DNA from: a virus
Taxonomy: Duplodnaviria > Caudoviricetes
Strand: one strand, 5' to 3'
Virus record (IMG/VR): IMGVR_UViG_3300014656_000074
Coordinates: 1-36,190 of that record
DNA: 36,190 nucleotides
A model generated the notes under the pieces. It saw only the letters and a program-made list of their open reading frames with translations, was not told where the DNA came from and did not search any database. Positions 35,192 through 36,190 of the stretch are shown here, one piece after another. The position numbers were made by a program, and so were the translations under genes. Each line of letters opens with the position of its first letter. Within the stretch, counting starts at the first letter, position 1.

Positions 35192-35542
35192 TTAATTGTC
35201 TTCATCTTTAACCCCCGTATGAGTTGAGTATTCTCCCTTAAGAAACTCTAATTCTTCTGTAATCTCTTTATCCTTAAAGTAATCTGACATGATATTGGCT
35301 AGTTTAAAGAACCATTGGTCATAAGGAACTTCATCTATAGACCCCATTGGAGTAAACCCTGGTAACATGTCTAGACTATATACTAAGTTTGTTCTACGCC
35401 GCTTATATGCCTCAGCAGCCTCAAGTGCTCCAATGCCTGTACCTCCACAATCAGGACACTCCGACCATTTAGGCTCCTTTTTATTCCCAAATAGGGGGTT
35501 AGAGATCCTACCAAAGCCTTCGCATATGCTACACCTCGTCAT
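35192..35542 (-). CDS. Protein with DnaJ-type zinc finger
   Basis: CSICEGFG ... CPDCGGTG. Confidence 0.75.
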   Translation of the reverse strand: MTRCSICEGFGRISNPLFGNKKEPKWSECPDCGGTGIGALEAAEAYKRRRTNLVYSLDMLPGFTPMGSIDEVPYDQWFFKLANIMSDYFKDKEITEELEFLKGEYSTHTGVKDEDN

Positions 35543-35903
35543 CAGGAGCACTCCCCTCTAGTATCATCTCATCCCATGTCTTATTATTATACTTAACAGA
35601 CATCTGATTCCTATGCATCTTCATATGGTTAGGACAACAGAAGAACAAAGGATCAAAGTCTTTATAGTATTTACTAGGATCAGGCCATTCTCCACAGAAC
35701 TTACAAGGACCTGGGATAGGGCCTATGTCTTTGCCTAGTCTAACTACCTCAGGGGCATCTACCTCTAGCTGAAATGTACCATCAGCTCTTTCCTGTATCC
35801 AGCAGTTAATACCTTTGTTATGGAAGTGTGTCTCCCATTGGCACAGGTCTTCACGCCTCTTCTGAGGCTTAGACATTACATACATGGTTATCTCCCTTTT
35901 CAT
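35529..35903 (-). CDS. Hypothetical protein with CxxC...CCxxH motif
   Basis: ORF track; CKFCG...FCCPNH. Confidence 0.7.
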   Translation of the reverse strand: MKREITMYVMSKPQKRREDLCQWETHFHNKGINCWIQERADGTFQLEVDAPEVVRLGKDIGPIPGPCKFCGEWPDPSKYYKDFDPLFFCCPNHMKMHRNQMSVKYNNKTWDEMILEGSAPDDEV

Positions 35904-36043
35904 CTATTATACTTCCAGTACTTATATAAAGCTATATGGAACTTTACTATAGCGTGCGCACAGCTTTGGTTACGAGCAACAGCATAGGCATTGAGTAGTA
36001 GAGTCATTAACTGAGGTGGTTGGTCCACTATCTGTTTCTTCAT
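35900..36043 (-). CDS. 47-aa hypothetical protein
   Basis: GGAGG SD; ATGA overlaps at both ends. Confidence 0.55.
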   Translation of the reverse strand: MKKQIVDQPPQLMTLLLNAYAVARNQSCAHAIVKFHIALYKYWKYNR

Positions 36044-36190
36044 GTATTCCTCCCAGCAAGACAAATGGCTACGGCATCTGTTTCATCGTACCGCTGTTCT
36101 TTAATGAGTATATCCATAGCCTCTGGATTATCTATCATACCCTGTACTAGGTTAGCTAGTATAGCCTTATCCATCTTACCATCCCCTGAA
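36040..36190 (-). CDS. RuvC-like Holliday junction resolvase, C-terminal fragment
   Basis: ...SGDGKMDK...YDETDAVAICLAG* matches RuvC G-x-G-x-x-x-K and D-x-x-D-A-x-A-I motifs; 5' part outside window. Confidence 0.7.
   Translation of the reverse strand, partial: SGDGKMDKAILANLVQGMIDNPEAMDILIKEQRYDETDAVAICLAGRNT

Overview
Most of the genome of an uncharacterised tailed dsDNA phage with podovirus-type (P22/T7-like short tail) morphogenesis genes; both window ends cut through genes. There are three blocks. (i) 1-7.8 kb: a minus-strand early/accessory arm of small genes, including a PD-(D/E)XK exonuclease, ASCH-like and PGDYG-like proteins, an ArdC-type zincin protease, a lipoprotein and Zn-finger proteins. 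It is driven by two near-consensus sigma70 promoters plus a sigma54/IHF-type promoter and contains a ~490-nt structured non-coding leader. (ii) 8.5-33.2 kb: a plus-strand late operon encoding terminase, portal, FmdB Zn ribbon, scaffold, capsid, cement, several fibre proteins, adaptor, a nozzle with an inserted carbohydrate-binding module, a GNAT and ejection proteins. It ends in a lysis region with a holin-like gene, GH24 endolysin, tail-type lysozyme, a spanin-like gene and a rhomboid intramembrane protease. (iii) 33.3-36.2 kb: a converging minus-strand arm with an o-spanin-like lipoprotein, a secreted trypsin-like protease, MazG-like, DnaJ-type Zn finger and RuvC-like genes. The most notable observations are: an apparently intact phage rhomboid protease next to a small membrane protein carrying a near-copy of the AarA/TatA cleavage motif; a 32-bp bipartite intergenic motif in five co-oriented copies; a promoter-driven tandem-hairpin RNA; and a sigma54 + IHF + UAS-like promoter. 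All calls come from reading motifs by eye; no searches were run.
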